The notes beneath the pieces were generated by a model that saw only the letters and a program-made list of their open reading frames with translations, ran no database searches and was not told the origin of the DNA. From Octopus vulgaris (taxonomy: Eukaryota), in contig OX597818.1 in assembly GCA_951406725.2 (NCBI GenBank), positions 133,734,001 to 133,798,000 on the forward strand: DNA of 64,000 nucleotides, given 5' to 3'. Positions 1-13,130 of the stretch are shown one piece after another (position 1 is the stretch's first letter; each line of letters opens with the position of its first letter). A program made the translations under genes and the position numbers.

Positions 1-302
1 AAAAAAAAAAAAAGGCAAGGATTAGGAGCAGGAAGGACACCTGGCTATAAACAGTGTGCTTCAATAACATAGCCATCTAACCCATGCTAGCATAGAAAAA
101 TGGAAGCGAAACAAATGAATGAATGAACATCATACATGAACACACACATACATATGCATGTACACACACAAACACACACATACATACATACATGTTGAAG
201 CAGATTTCTTTTGTCTTTTTTAGTATTTATTGTTTTCCTCAGAGAATATTTCATATTCACACACACACACACACATAGTTACACACACCCAGACCCACAT
301 GC

Positions 303-365
<63 letters not shown>

Positions 366-371
<6 letters not shown>

Positions 372-533
372 CTATATTGCCCACAAGGAGCTAAACATAG
401 AAGGGACAAACAAAGACAGACAAAGGGATTAAGTCGGTTAGATTGACCCCAGTGCGAAATGGGTACTTTATTTATCGACCCCGAAAGAATGAAAGGCAAA
501 GGCGACCTCGGCGGAATTTGAACTCAGAACGTA
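366..533 (-). mobile_element. SINE with Deu/Nin-like core, head truncated
   Basis: Matches the family core GCCTTTCATCCTTTCGGGGTCGATAA..AAGTACC and its tail. Confidence 0.8.
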
Positions 534-896
534 TAGGAGGAATTATGCTAAAAACAAGTTTATATCACTTGTTCCTACATATGTTTCACCATTGTGGTTA
601 TTTGCAACTTTTGCATTGAATGTTTCAAGTGCAGTTGGATACTGAACCATAACAGTAAAATGTACGTAAGAAACAAATGATATAGACTTGTGTTTATCAT
701 GATTTCTCCTACATTTTCTCTGTATATCATGACTAATAATACTACTAAGTAAAGTAGTAACCAAACCACGATAATGGAAGTGAAGTTGTTGGTGATAATC
801 TACATGGAGCTCTAATCTCAACAGTAACAGTTATACATGTAACTGTACACATAAGACATGCACATGTGTGTGTGTATGTGTGTGTAAGACCTACCC

Positions 897-1219
897 GTGA
901 GGGCGCGTGGCTTAGTGGTTAGGGCATTCGGCTCATGATCGTAAGGTTGTGAGTTCGATTCCCGGCGACGCGTTGTGTCCTTGAGCAAGACACTTTATTT
1001 CACGTTGCTCCAGTCCACTCAGCTGGCAAAAATGAGTTGTACTTGTATTTCAAAGGGTCAGCCTTGTCACTCTCTGTGTCACGCTGATTATCCCCGAGAA
1101 CTACGTTAAGGGTACACGTGTCTGTGGAATGCTCAGCCATTTGCACGTTAATTTCACGAGCAAGCTGTTCCGTTAATCGTATCAGCTGGGACCCTCGTCG
1201 TCGTAACCGGCGGAGTCTT
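897..1219 (+). mobile_element. tRNA-derived SINE (head type 2 + tail type A)
   Basis: A box TGGCTTAGTGG, B box GTTCGATT; 12-bp TSD TAAGACCTACCC (885-896, 1220-1231); tail shared with the 13131 family. Confidence 0.9.
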
Positions 1220-1499
1220 TAAGACCTACCCACTACTACAGAATCGAGATCCTAAAACCAATGTGTCACACAAAAAGCACTGGTGCTGGTGTCATGTAAA
1301 AAGCATTGGTAATAGTGATATGTGAAAAGCACCCGGTACACTCCATGAGTGGTTGGCATTAGGAAGGGCATCCAGCTATAGAAACCACACCCAAACAGAC
1401 TATCGAACCTGGTGTGGTCTCTGTTCTCACCAGTTCCTGTGCTTTTTACATGCCACTGGCACAAGGGCCAGCCAGGCAGTACTGGCATCGACCAGTATT

Positions 1500-1763
1500 G
1501 TTACATATCATTGGTCACAATGCATTTCTGCACATTACTGAAGCTTTCAAATGATGCCACTCTACTGGCTAGGCACACACATTGACATTCTCCCCTGAAT
1601 GGAAAGCCAGTCCGCTACAGAACATTTACAGTTGAGTGGACTGGAGTAACATGAAATGACATGTTTTGCTCAAGAACAAAATCCATCAATGGCCTGGGAA
1701 TTGAAACTATGATCTTGTAATCATTAGTGTAACACTCCTAAGCACTAGGCCACATGCCTTCAC
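1500..1763 (-). mobile_element. Old tRNA-derived SINE (head type 2-like + tail type B)
   Basis: Degenerate tRNA head at the right end, TTCTTGAGCAA..CTCCAGTCCACTCA core, and GGTCACAATGC tail shared with 7374-7678. Confidence 0.6.
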
Positions 1764-2029
1764 ACACACACACACACACACAATCTTTTCATTTATTTCA
1801 CCTATCAGTCTGAAAAATCAGTACCAAAAGTAGTATCCTTTCAAGCAAGGTGGGTGTATCCTTTTCACATTATGAAAGAAACTCAGTAATTTATTGAAAA
1901 AAAAAAAGAAAGAAACAAAAGAATAATGAAATTAACTCAATTCAACTGAATCAATATCATTCAAACTGAAGACTAGCAGTAAATGACCTACCCCCAGTAG
2001 ACTCACTATCATCAAGCCAGCATAACTCT

Positions 2030-2250
2030 GGCAGATGTGCATTACAGACTATCTCCATTCAACTATAAACTGTATAATTCCATGCCTCATAAGAGCTAAT
2101 TTTATAGGATCTAATCTAACAACCTTATCAGATCTGAACAAGCTTTGGCCTGCCTCTTGTCTGGTTACATTTTTACTATCTACCCATGCAATTTTCTTTT
2201 TTATTTTTTCACACAATGCTTTTCATCCACATGAATTGCATCACCTGTCA
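2030..2250 (-). mobile_element. Degenerate RTE-like LINE 3' relic
   Basis: Minus strand fragments ..HVDEKHCVKK...RGRPKL...DKVVRLD resemble the RTE C-terminal RGRP motif region. Confidence 0.4.
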
Positions 2251-2273
2251 GCATAAAGAAATTTACATTAAAC

Positions 2274-2325
<52 letters not shown>

Positions 2326-2756
2326 ATTATTAGGAGTAGGAACAGGAGGAGTGTAGTGGTGGTAGTGTGAGAAACAGCAGTGGAAGTGGTGGTGGCATGG
2401 AGTGCTGGGGTAGTGGCAGCAACATCAATGTCCACAATGATGTAAGCAGAGCAGTCTTGATAGCATGTATTGATTGAAATGTCCAACAGCCAGTGGTTTC
2501 TTCAGCTCACTATCATTCCATCTGTGTCCTATGTTTACATTTCATATTCCATACATGATATCGTTTCCCTCTAGTTTTCTACTCCAACAGTTGTTGTTGT
2601 TGGTAGTGGTGGTGGTGGTGGTGGTGGTAGTAGTGTTGTTGTTGGACAACCCTAGTCAGCAATGTTTTAAGTACTCTTAAAGTACGCTCAAAGCTCATCA
2701 TCATCATCATCTACAGTATTTAAGCAGCATTTCCATATGTGATCATCATTATATAT

Positions 2757-2943
2757 TTGGTCACAATGCATTTCTGCACATTACTGAAGCTTTCAAATGA
2801 TGCCACTCTACTGGCTAGGCACACACATTGACATTTTCCCCTGAATGGAAAGCCAGTCCGCTACAGAACATTTACAGTTGAGTGGACTGGAGTAACATGA
2901 AATGACATGTTTTGCTCAAGAACAAAATCCATCACTGGCCTGG
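2757..2943 (+). repeat. Direct duplicate of 1511-1697
   Basis: 187 bp with about 2 mismatches to 1511-1697. Confidence 0.9.
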
Positions 2944-3822
2944 TAGTGGCAGAATACAATGCTGAAATTTAAGTCCCAAATATCTGTAGCTAGGGCAATT
3001 TTGTGAAGGGTCTCACCAATCAAGCATGAAAAGTGGATGTGAAATTATGCTTGTGAAAAGCATATCCCAATATCATTTTGGGTAGGTTGCCCAGACCATA
3101 ATTCATCTTTCCCTCTAAGCAGTCCAGTCTTCCCTAACATTTACGAGGTCTTCTATTTGTAACTTGACAATGCAAGAGAGATGATCAATCTAAATCATTC
3201 TAGGTTGTCTGACATGAGAATTCTTATGGCTCAAAATCCACAAAAGGAGCTCACTAACTAATTCATCTTTGCTTCAATAGCAGTGACCAGTTTAACTTGT
3301 CCTCCACTCTCAAATGATTAATGATATTTTGGGGATGCTTCCATAAAGCTCTTCTTTCATCAGATGTTTCCATAATTTGATGAGAAAATGACTGAAAACA
3401 ACTACCCAACAACATAGACATCAGAGATAAATTTGTCATAACTCTTGGAAATCATTCCAAAATGCTTCAAGATAACAACAGTCAATCCAGGCCCTTGTAC
3501 TGGTGGCATGTAAAAAAACACCCACTACACTCTCAGTGTGGTTGGCATTAGGAAGGGCATTCGGCTGTAGAAACTTTGCCAGATCAGATTGGAGCCTGGT
3601 GCAGCCTTCTGGCTTGCCAGTCCTCAGTGAAACCGTCCAACCCATGTTGAAGAATGCATATTTTTGATGCCCAAGCATGAGTGTAAAGCACCCTGGGAAT
3701 ATTAAGCAGTGGCTGTAAAACAAGACGGTCTGGAGAGTAAGGCAAAAGTGGAAACCCAATTTACAACTAAAGAAATGCAGAGTGATCTGGAAAAAACATA
3801 AAACAGTGAACAATAGAAATAT

Positions 3823-4207
3823 GATGGAAGCACTCCGTCGGTTACGACGACGAGGGTTCCGGTTGATCCGATCAATGGAACAGCCTGCTCGTGAAATTAA
3901 CGTGTAAGTGCCTGAGCACTCCACAGACACGTGTACCCTTAACGTAGTTCTCGGGGATATTCAGCATGACACAGAGAGTGACAAGGCCGGCCCTTTGAAA
4001 TACAGGTACAACAGAAACAGGAAGTAAGAGTGAGAGAACGTTGTGGTGAAAGAGTACAGCAGGGATCACCACCATCCCTGCCGGAGCCTCGTGGAGCTTT
4101 AGGTGTTTTCGATCAATAAACACTCACAACGCCCGGTCTGGGAATCGAAACCACGATCCTACGACCGTGAGTCCGCTGCCCTAACCACTGGGCCATTGCG
4201 CCTCCAC
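3823..4207 (-). mobile_element. tRNA(Arg)-derived SINE (head 1 + tail A; Octopus OR-like)
   Basis: Full-length copy with 13-bp TSD ACAATAGAAATAT (3810-3822, 4208-4220). Confidence 0.9.
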
Positions 4208-5469
4208 ACAATAGAAATATATCTAACAGATAAATATCATTCAAGTTGCTACAGACAACCAGCAAGCATCAGTTGCCTGTGAATGTGTACATATGTATGT
4301 GTCTGCACGTGTTAGTGTACATGAATGACAGTACACATGAGTCAAAAGAATATATTAAACACACATGTTTAATATACCAACTAGACTATCCAATATATTC
4401 AAGATTAGCAAATGTAAAGTTATGAAATTATTAATTCCTGCTCTAAATAATTTAAAGTGACTATTTCTCAAAATAAACCCTTATTGTCTACAAACAATTA
4501 GACAAAGCTAATAAAGAGAATTGGAAGATTAATTAATTTTGAGTTCCCATCAAGGGATCCACTTGAAGCTTCAGTTAGTATAATCTTACAGTGCATCTGC
4601 AGACAACTCTACTGTTTTAATTTCCATTCTTATCATGATTGTGCCTATATAGCAAATCCTACATTCTGACATCAATATATAGAGAGAATTGTTGTGATTG
4701 CAAACTGATGAATGCTCAATACAGGTGTATTGCTTAACAGCAAAAGATCACTGAAGATTATTATGGTGGCAAAACCTCGAGGGAATTTTCACCAAGAAAT
4801 CAGATCGGTATGCTTAAAATTTAATAGAGCCTAAACTCCATTATTAATGATTTATATATAGTAGAGAAGTTGTAATAACTTGTCAGTTCACTCGGAATTT
4901 ATAGCTAGCTGTTAAATACAGTATTAAATTTACTTTCCTCAACACATTTTATGCATTTAACACTAGCATTTGATCCTGCAGATACTAAAAGCATCAGCTG
5001 CTGATTTAAAACAGATACAAAGCATAAAACAAATGATAAATGTTTACCACTCCCAATTATATCTTTAATATTTACACTTCATTGTTCAGAATTATTCGAA
5101 TTATCATTATCTCATCTCTATTGAAAACAAGAGACTAATATAGATATTATTATTCTAATGCTTTATCTCCATTTCCAAAATACAAGTGGGTGGAATCAGC
5201 ATGAAAACAGAACAAAACTCTTGACAGTATTCGATTTTTCTAGCTACAATTTTCTAAGTTCAAATTCTGCCAGAGTCTACAATTCACTCCATTATTATTA
5301 CCATCATCAATATATTACATCTGTTTTCTCCATGCATGCATGGGTTGGACAGGTCTTCTCCGGCACAATGTTTCACCATTATTGTGGGGTTTTGTCATTT
5401 GTCTCATGTGGTTCAGCCATTTGGAATCATCTTTCACCACTTCTTTCCATGCCTTTCTTCATCTCATGC

Positions 5470-5822
5470 CTTTCAAACTCCACCCATCTAACACCCGTGG
5501 ACATATTTACAAAGTAAGAAAACAGCACAGCTCCCATGACTTCAGGAGACATTTTTTCACGCTGAGAGTTGCTGAAGCATGGAACAAACTGCCGGCATCA
5601 GTTGTTAGTTGTCGGAGCACTGCATCCTTCAAAACTTCCATGCTTTCTGAGATTCGCCAACACTACACCTGATTTTCTCCCCTCCATACACACACAAGCA
5701 TGTATCTGACTCATACATTGTTCGCTTTCCAGACATTTCTACATTACTGCATGTACTTTATATGCACTTTCTGACAAGTTGTGGTGCACCTGAGCACTGT
5801 ATACAATAATTTCATTATTATT
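5470..5822 (+). mobile_element. CR1-group LINE 3' end with (ATT)n tail
   Basis: FKLHPSNTRGHIYKVRKQHSSHDFRRHFFTLRVAEAWNKLPASVV...SFK is the CR1 ORF2 C-terminal signature (TRGH..K, FF..RV...WN.LP); imperfect TSD ATCTCATGC/ATCTCCTGC. Confidence 0.85.
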
Positions 5823-6197
5823 ATCTCCTGCATTTTATTTCCATGTTGATCACTTGCTATATATCTACCAAATTCTTATCTTCCATGTATACATAACATA
5901 AGGTACCATCACAATCTGCTCTTTTACACACTACATATGATTCCTCTTGTTCTCCCTTTTTCTCTTGACTCATGTGTGCTGTCATTTATGTACACTGACA
6001 TTAGATATTGAGCAGACCGTACTCACATAATTTCTTTCCAACATTCAGACAACCCTGCACTTAATGCCTACATTTCACTACCATATAGAATTGTACTTCA
6101 TGGACAACCTTCAAACTATATCCCCTTCACTCAGAGAGATTCCTGGACTTTTATCATGACTAGTTTTATTCTAGCTAGCATATTTTCAGAATATATA

Positions 6198-6425
6198 TAT
6201 TTCTTTACTACCCACAAGGGGCTAAACATAGAAGGGACAAACAAGGACAGACAAACGGATTAAGTCGATTACATCGAACCCAGTGCGCAACTGGTACTTA
6301 ATTTATCGACCCCAAAAGGATGAAAGGCAAAGTTGACCTCGGAGGAATTTGAACTCAGAACGTAACGGCAGATGAAATACGGCTACGCATTTCGCCCAGC
6401 GTGTTAACGATTCTGCCAGCTCGCC
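6198..6425 (-). mobile_element. SINE with Deu/Nin-like core
   Basis: Full copy; TSD TTTTCAGAATATATA (6183-6197, 6426-6440). Confidence 0.88.
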
Positions 6426-6630
6426 TTTTCAGAATATATACCTTTAAAGCTGGCCACCAGGGTAACAAAAGCTATTTCTAAGGAGCTCTCCAAATATTTC
6501 AAAGAATTTGTTTTGTGAATGCTACATACAAAGTCACCCTTTGTCATGCAACCTGTAATCCTACTGCAAGTATTCAGCACCCATACCAGATGAAATTTTG
6601 AAATATTCCTTCTCTGCACATCATGTATAC

Positions 6631-7018
6631 ACACTCGCAACGCCCGGTCTGGGAATCGAAACCGCGATCCTAAGACCGCGAGTCCCCTGCACTTACCACT
6701 GGGCCATTGCGCCTCCACTGTTTATTGTGCAAAAACACCTAAAGCTCCACGAGGCTCTGGCAGGGGGTGGTGGTGAACCCTGCTGTACTCTTTCACCGCA
6801 ACTTTCTCTCACTCTTTCTTCCTGTTTCTGTTGTACCTGTATTTCAAAGGGGCGGCCTTGTCACTCTCTGTGTCATGCTGAATATCCCCGAGAACTACGT
6901 TAAGGGTACACGTGTCTGTGGAGTGCTCAGCCGCTTACACGTTAATTTCACGAGCAGGCTGTTCCGTTGATTCGGATCAACCGGAACCCTCATCGTCGTA
7001 ACCGACGGAGTGCTTCCA
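6631..7018 (+). mobile_element. tRNA(Arg)-derived SINE with inverted 5' head
   Basis: 6631-6718 is the tRNA head in reverse orientation; 6719-7018 is the body in forward orientation. Confidence 0.9.
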
Positions 7019-7373
7019 TTCATTCATATCCCTAGATAGTAGTTTTTTATCTTTCTGACTAAAATTCTTTATCATGCTTCAGTGTTTGGAATTTCTTTCA
7101 ATTTATTGTAATTGATAGACTCAACCAAGACTCTCCTTAACAAAAGTGAACTTATTAAGTATTTCAAATTATGATCCACATAATTACATAGACTTTGTAT
7201 TGTTAGAGCATGAGACATTTTTACCCAGTGTATGTTGTCCTTTCATATCAGTCACCATACCAATGAAATTGTATCTCATGCACGCATTGGCTGACACCTT
7301 TAATTCTTAGTTGCTCTATCGACTCGCCTATGCTCTGATTCCCACGCAAATTAAAACTGTATATTGTATATAT

Positions 7374-7678
7374 CACGTGATCACGTGACCGACCAGACCA
7401 TCAGATGTTGCTACACATCGCTGGTCACAATGCGTTCGCATTGTTATAGCCTTCGAACGACACCACCCCGCTGGCTAAGCGAGCAGGCCAACAGAAGAAA
7501 GAATGAGAGAAAGAGTGGTGAATGAGTACAGCAGGGACCACCACCCCCTGCCGGAGCCTCGTGGAGCTTTTAGGTGTTTTCGCTCAATAAACACACACAA
7601 CACCCGGTCTGGGAATCGAAACCGCGATCCTCCGACCGCGAGTCCGCTACCCTAACCACTGGGCCATTGCGCCTCCAC
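7374..7678 (-). mobile_element. tRNA(Arg)-derived SINE (head 1 + tail B)
   Basis: Same head as the 13131 family but a different 3' part ending TCACGTGATCACGTG; TSD ATATTGTATATAT (7361-7373, 7679-7691). Confidence 0.9.
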
Positions 7679-8147
7679 ATATTGTATATATATCTTATTC
7701 AATCCCTTATTCAACTCCTTTCCCCACCAGCCTCAGTAGGTCTTCAACATTAAACACACAAGATTCGTTTCTACATAACACTATATTTCTTAAACATACT
7801 TTATACAGTCTACTTTTCGCAAAAAGAAACCAACACTCTTTTGGGGTTTAATCCAAGTTAGTTTTGTGCAGCAAATCTATGTTCAAAGGCATTCCAATCA
7901 GAATAGTTCTGTTTCTATTCAGACTTCACATACTTAGGGCTATATTATCTAATGTGCCCCATTTTAAGATCAGAGATTGTAATTTGTTGGGAGCTTTGGT
8001 TGCTAGCCCCAAGTTGACCTGATTGAGAGTATCTATGATCAAAGTCATTTCAGCTCTAACCATTTAATATTATTCTCATTGTTCCTGCCAATTTTGTCTG
8101 TGTTACACTTATGCCAGGGGAAATAAGGACACAAATGGAGAAATATG

Positions 8148-8532
8148 GATGGAAGCACTCCGTCGGTTACGACGACGAGGGTTCCGGTTGATCCGAATCA
8201 ACGGAACAGCCTGCTCGTGAAATTAACGTGTAAGTGGCTGAGCACTCCACAGACATGTGCACCCTTAACGTAGTTCTCGGGGATATTCAGCATGACACAG
8301 AGAGTGACAAGGCCAGCCCCTTGAAATACAGGTACAACAGAAACAGGAAGTAAGAGTGAGAGAAAGTTGTGGTGAAAGAGTACAGTAGGGATCACCACCA
8401 TCCCCTGCCGGAGCCTCGTGGAGCTTTTTAGGTGTTTTCGCTCAATAAACACTCACAACGCCCAATCTGGGAATCGAAACCACGATCCTATGACCGCGAG
8501 TCCGCTGCCCTAACCACTGGGCCATTGCGCCT
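8148..8532 (-). mobile_element. tRNA(Arg)-derived SINE (head 1 + tail A)
   Basis: Near-identical to 3823-4207. Confidence 0.9.
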
Positions 8533-8590
8533 GGGACAAAGAAACAGAAATAATGAAAGCAATGAAAAAAATAGAAAGACAAAACATGAG

Positions 8591-8631
<41 letters not shown>

Positions 8632-8992
8632 ATATCATTCCGGATTTGTGTATTCAAATCACAGGCACAATCAAAATGTTTAGCATAATAGAACAGTCAT
8701 GAAGATCTATAAATTAAAAGGCATATTGATAGGCAGATAAATTAAAGTGAAATAACTTTAGTTAGTAAATAGCAATGGATGTCACACATTTAACTTTTAC
8801 ATGTTCCAGATCAAAGGCCATGGCCATGCTGGAGCATCAACACTATTCTTTTTCTTTTTATTTATGGCCATTAAGTTTAAATGTTTAACAGTATTGTGAG
8901 AGTAGACAGATACATACATTGGCAGAAAGGAAAGTAGATTGATTGTTAATTAAACAGACAGACAAACAGATACATAGGTGAGTTTACAGAAA

Positions 8993-9286
8993 GTGTAACC
9001 TCTCGAAAGAGCTGTTCATCACTCCTGCTCCAGAGCGTCGGCTGCGGGGTCATTCCGAAAAGCTCTACCTGCGAAAATTTCATCTCAATCAAAGGAGAGG
9101 AGCTTTCTCCGTCCGGGTTGCGGATCCGTGGAACAAGCTGCCAGACGAGATGGTGAAGATGCCGACGACCGCTTTGTACAAAGTCTCCCTTGACCTCAAG
9201 TGGCCTGAACTCTTTACATGAACACCACCCTGTACTTAACTCCATGTCCCCCTACATGGCCTTGCTATTTGCTTTTGAGCCAAAAT

Positions 9287-9316
<30 letters not shown>
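8993..9316 (+). mobile_element. CR1-group LINE 3' end with (TAAC)n tail
   Basis: ERRLRGHSEKLYLRKFHLNQRRGAFSVRVADPWNKLPDEMV...LDLKWPELFT*, then a short 3' UTR and (TAAC)n. Confidence 0.85.
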
Positions 9317-9317
<1 letters not shown>

Positions 9318-9738
9318 ATCATTAGATATGCAGGTAGAGAAATATATTAATAGATATGCAAACAGATAGGTAGCTGAACTAAAATGAAAAGAAACAAAAA
9401 TTAGTAAATAACTGGGACCAAGCCTTGGTGGTGGTTGAATAATGAAAAGTGTAGTTACAGCAGAAGTGTAAAGCACTCGTGGAAGTGCCATGTAGAAATG
9501 CCTGTGCAATGTCATGTAAAAGTACCCATGTGGTGCCACCTAAAAGTACCCATGGAGTACCACATAAAAGCACCCAGCACACTCTGTAAAGTAGTTGGTG
9601 TTAGGAGGGGCATCCAGCCATAGAGAGCATGCAAGATCAGACTGGAGTTTGTAGCATCTCCCTAGCTTGCCAGCTCTGGTCAGACCAGCCAACCTATGCT
9701 AGCATGGACAATGGACGTTAAATGATGATGATGATGAT

Positions 9739-10165
9739 ACTCTTACTCTCTTTTACTCTTTTATTTGTTTCAGTCATTTGACTGCGGCCATGCTGGAGCA
9801 CCGCCTTTAGTCGAGCAAATCACCCCCGGGACTTATTCTTTTGTAAGCCCAGTACTTATTCTATCGGTCTCTTTTGCCGAACTGCTAAGTGACGGGGACG
9901 TAAACACACCAGCATCGATTGTCAAGCAATGCTAGGGGGACAAACACACACACACAAACACACACACATACACATATATACATATATATACATATATACA
10001 ACGACAGGCTTCTTTCAGTTTCCATCTACCAAATCCACTCACAAGGCATTGGTCAGCCTGAGGCTATAGCAGAAGACACTTGCCCAAGATGCCACGCAGT
10101 GGGACTGAACCCGGAACCATGTGATTGGTTAGCAAGTTACTTACCACACAGCCACTCCTGCACCT
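9739..10165 (-). mobile_element. tRNA-headed SINE with internal (CA)/(TA) microsatellite and (AAGAGTA)n tail
   Basis: Near-identical to 38513-38928 in the opposite orientation. Confidence 0.88.
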
Positions 10166-10624
10166 GATATATATGAATGATGATATATATGAATATGTTT
10201 TATCGTTTTAATTCTTCTTTTATTTCCTTAAACTATAAACAGTCAAACATATCTGTTAAACGTATTAAAAGAAGGCAAATACCTTCTAAGTTTGTTTTTT
10301 TTTAATCACATTTAAAAGTGCAGTTTTGATTAAATGACAGGATTTCAAAAGATTTTATTTTAAATTCTTTGCTTGTGCTTAACATACTAACATTAAGTTT
10401 TCAAAATTGCTGGCTTTAACCGACAAATTTCCACAGGGGCCCACTAGTTCCATTTTTATTCCATATATAGATATGTACTCATAGACCAATATGACAAATG
10501 CTAACCAGAAACTAAGCAGCAACAACAATTCTATAGACTGAATATTCCTGACATTAACTTCATCTAGTTATTCCTACCACACACCAATTAATGATTAAAT
10601 TTGTCAGTATAAAAAAGGGGTTTT

Positions 10625-11170
10625 TACATTAGAGAGATTGATTTGTTGGAAATAGCTTATCTGGACAGTAGAAATACCATCATTTTGCTATAGGAGGAAA
10701 TCAAAGATGCTTAGGACCATCTGTCAAGAGTAGGAAGTGAGTGAAATGAAGCCCGGCTAGACCTCAATACAAAGATGATGGAATACACAGTTAACAAGCC
10801 CCACTCAACATTATTGAAGGTGCCTCACTTGAGCAAGTTCTAGATCATCCATGGTGAACTCAGAGAGGAACATCATGGTTCATAGTATCCTTGTCAGAAA
10901 AGTGCTTAGTGAGAAACTATGGTACTCTTCCTTCACTGGTCAATAAGATAACAGAAAGATTGCTACAGTTGCCAGGCACTATCTGTGACACCTAGAGTTG
11001 TTCACCAGACAAGCCCTCAACTGTGAACTGTTGATATCTTTCCAAAACTATGATCTAGACCCTGGTAGACAATAGTTGTGTCATATGTGATGATCGACAA
11101 GGACTCTGAAGATGGAGCAGATTATGCGACTATCATTCCAAGTGCAAGTTGTAGCTGACTGGTGATGACG
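10625..11170 (+). mobile_element. Very degenerate LINE (RTE-like) 3' relic
   Basis: Higher-GC island with broken coding-like fragments ending in a GAT/AAC repeat tail; motifs only partly recognisable. Confidence 0.35.
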
Positions 11171-12644
11171 ATGACGAACAACAACAACAACAACAAAAAC
11201 AACAAGGGTCACCTCCAAAATCTTCACTTAAATTTGTCCTACTTTGATACAAAACAGATACTACAGGTTTTCGTTCTTGTGATAATTTTTACAAGATCAC
11301 GGTTTATCTTGCATATAAAATATGCAGATGAAATAGAGTTATTTTTTAATTTTCTCTATAGAATAGAGAATCAAAGATGGTGACCATAAGTTTTCAATAA
11401 ATTTTGAATTTCTCAAGGTAAAATGAACACGTCTAGAGTAATACACAATACCTTGGTAATACAAAGATAAGCTGGCTTATTGAACAGGTTAATGCAGATT
11501 ACTGACCATAGCATGAGTCCTAATGCACAAGTACAAACTAAGAGATATTGGCATTTTTTATTCTCTTTTACATTCGAACTTTGTGTAAGTACCTACACTT
11601 AGTTTAAGCAAAGAAATGTGCTCAGTGCACACTCCTAAATTAGTTCTCCAAACATATATTCCTGTGAAGATCAGTATAAATAATAAAGTATTGCAAATTC
11701 ACTGTATATGAATTTATCAACTGTTTTTTATAATTATTTTCATGTAATCACATTCATAAAATCCAGACCAAATCAAAAACCACAATTATAGCTATCATTT
11801 GTGGCTACCTCTAATAGATTCTGTTTCCTTCACCATATTTATATTTCTATTTATTCTTTGGCACAGTGTTACTACAAATCAATAATTAAATTGTGAAAAT
11901 ACATATCTTCTTTAAAAAATGAAAACAGAGCGGTAAAATCATAAATATAATTACAATTCATTTATCATTACATTAATTTTTATTTTGTATCGAGAACATG
12001 AAATAATAATCTTAAGTTACATAGAAAGAAAGCAAATTTGAAATAATTGTTGTTGTTTCTGATATGTGATGTTAACAGAAAGTTGTTTTGAACATTTAGA
12101 TATATCACTCCATCAGCTACTTGTCAATAATCTACTTTGCCAGTATACTTCAAGTGAGCAATCAATTATGTTCTATACATTTGTCAGATGGTGCAGAGGT
12201 TAAATTACAAAACTGTTGCCTAAATTATCAATTGATTCTCTACCCAACCAGTACTACAAGATTGTATTTCAAGAAGCCCTTCATTAAATTGTATCTAAAT
12301 TTAAGGAATTTGAGAAGAGTTTTTAAAATTGTGTTTTTAAAATTTTTCTTCAAATTTCTGATTGAATTTCAAATAAAATACACTAGTGATATTGGAATCT
12401 AATTATTACAAGGTTGTTGATAGTAAGGTAATTCTGTGTTCTGTATTTCATAGCATATAGCAAATTGAAACTAATATTCAATCAAGACACTGGCATATGA
12501 CTAAAGCACCAAGCAATTAACCCTTCAATAATAAGAAACAACTATGAAAATATAAAATTATATTCCTTCTACATTTTCTAAACCAGCCACTGCCTATCAT
12601 ATTCTGTTACAGCAATCATGTGTTTTGGGTTTTTTTTGCTACTA

Positions 12645-12645
12645 C

Positions 12646-12708
<63 letters not shown>

Positions 12709-12771
12709 CATTATTATTATTAGTATTATCATCATCATCATCATTATTATTATTATCATCATCATCATCAT
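12645..12771. repeat. (ATT)n/(ATC)n microsatellite
   Basis: Direct inspection. Confidence 0.95.
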
Positions 12772-13130
12772 TTTAACTGACATTTATTAATTTACATTCT
12801 GAGTATAAAGTTTCTAATAGATAAATAAGTAACGCAAATCATGTAAACTTCTTTAACAATTCATTTTCATCAGCTCATAAAATTCACGCAAGGTGTTTTA
12901 TCAGGCAGTACATTTACTCATGTTTTCTCTGTCGGTCCATAAACTAGAATAAACTTTACAGCTTAACTATTTAGCTAGTACCTCTGCAAAATAAGAGATA
13001 ATAACTCGGTCTCTATCCATTATCTGTGTACAAGACTCAGTGCTATTCTTCATACCACCTTCTAGTAATACATGCAGCATGAAATTCATGCACTTGTTCT
13101 CTGCTTGTCAATTCAGTATTATACAAAATT

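Noticed and set aside
3872-4123. Recurrent peptide MVVIPAVLFHHNFLS...NFTSRLFR (also at 6767, 8198, 13263, 48975)
   Set aside because: It recurs only because it lies in a young multicopy Pol III SINE; no evidence of coding function.
9286-9316. (TAAC)n tract resembling a telomeric repeat
   Set aside because: It is the 3' tail of the CR1 fragment, seen in all three copies, and is not TTAGGG.
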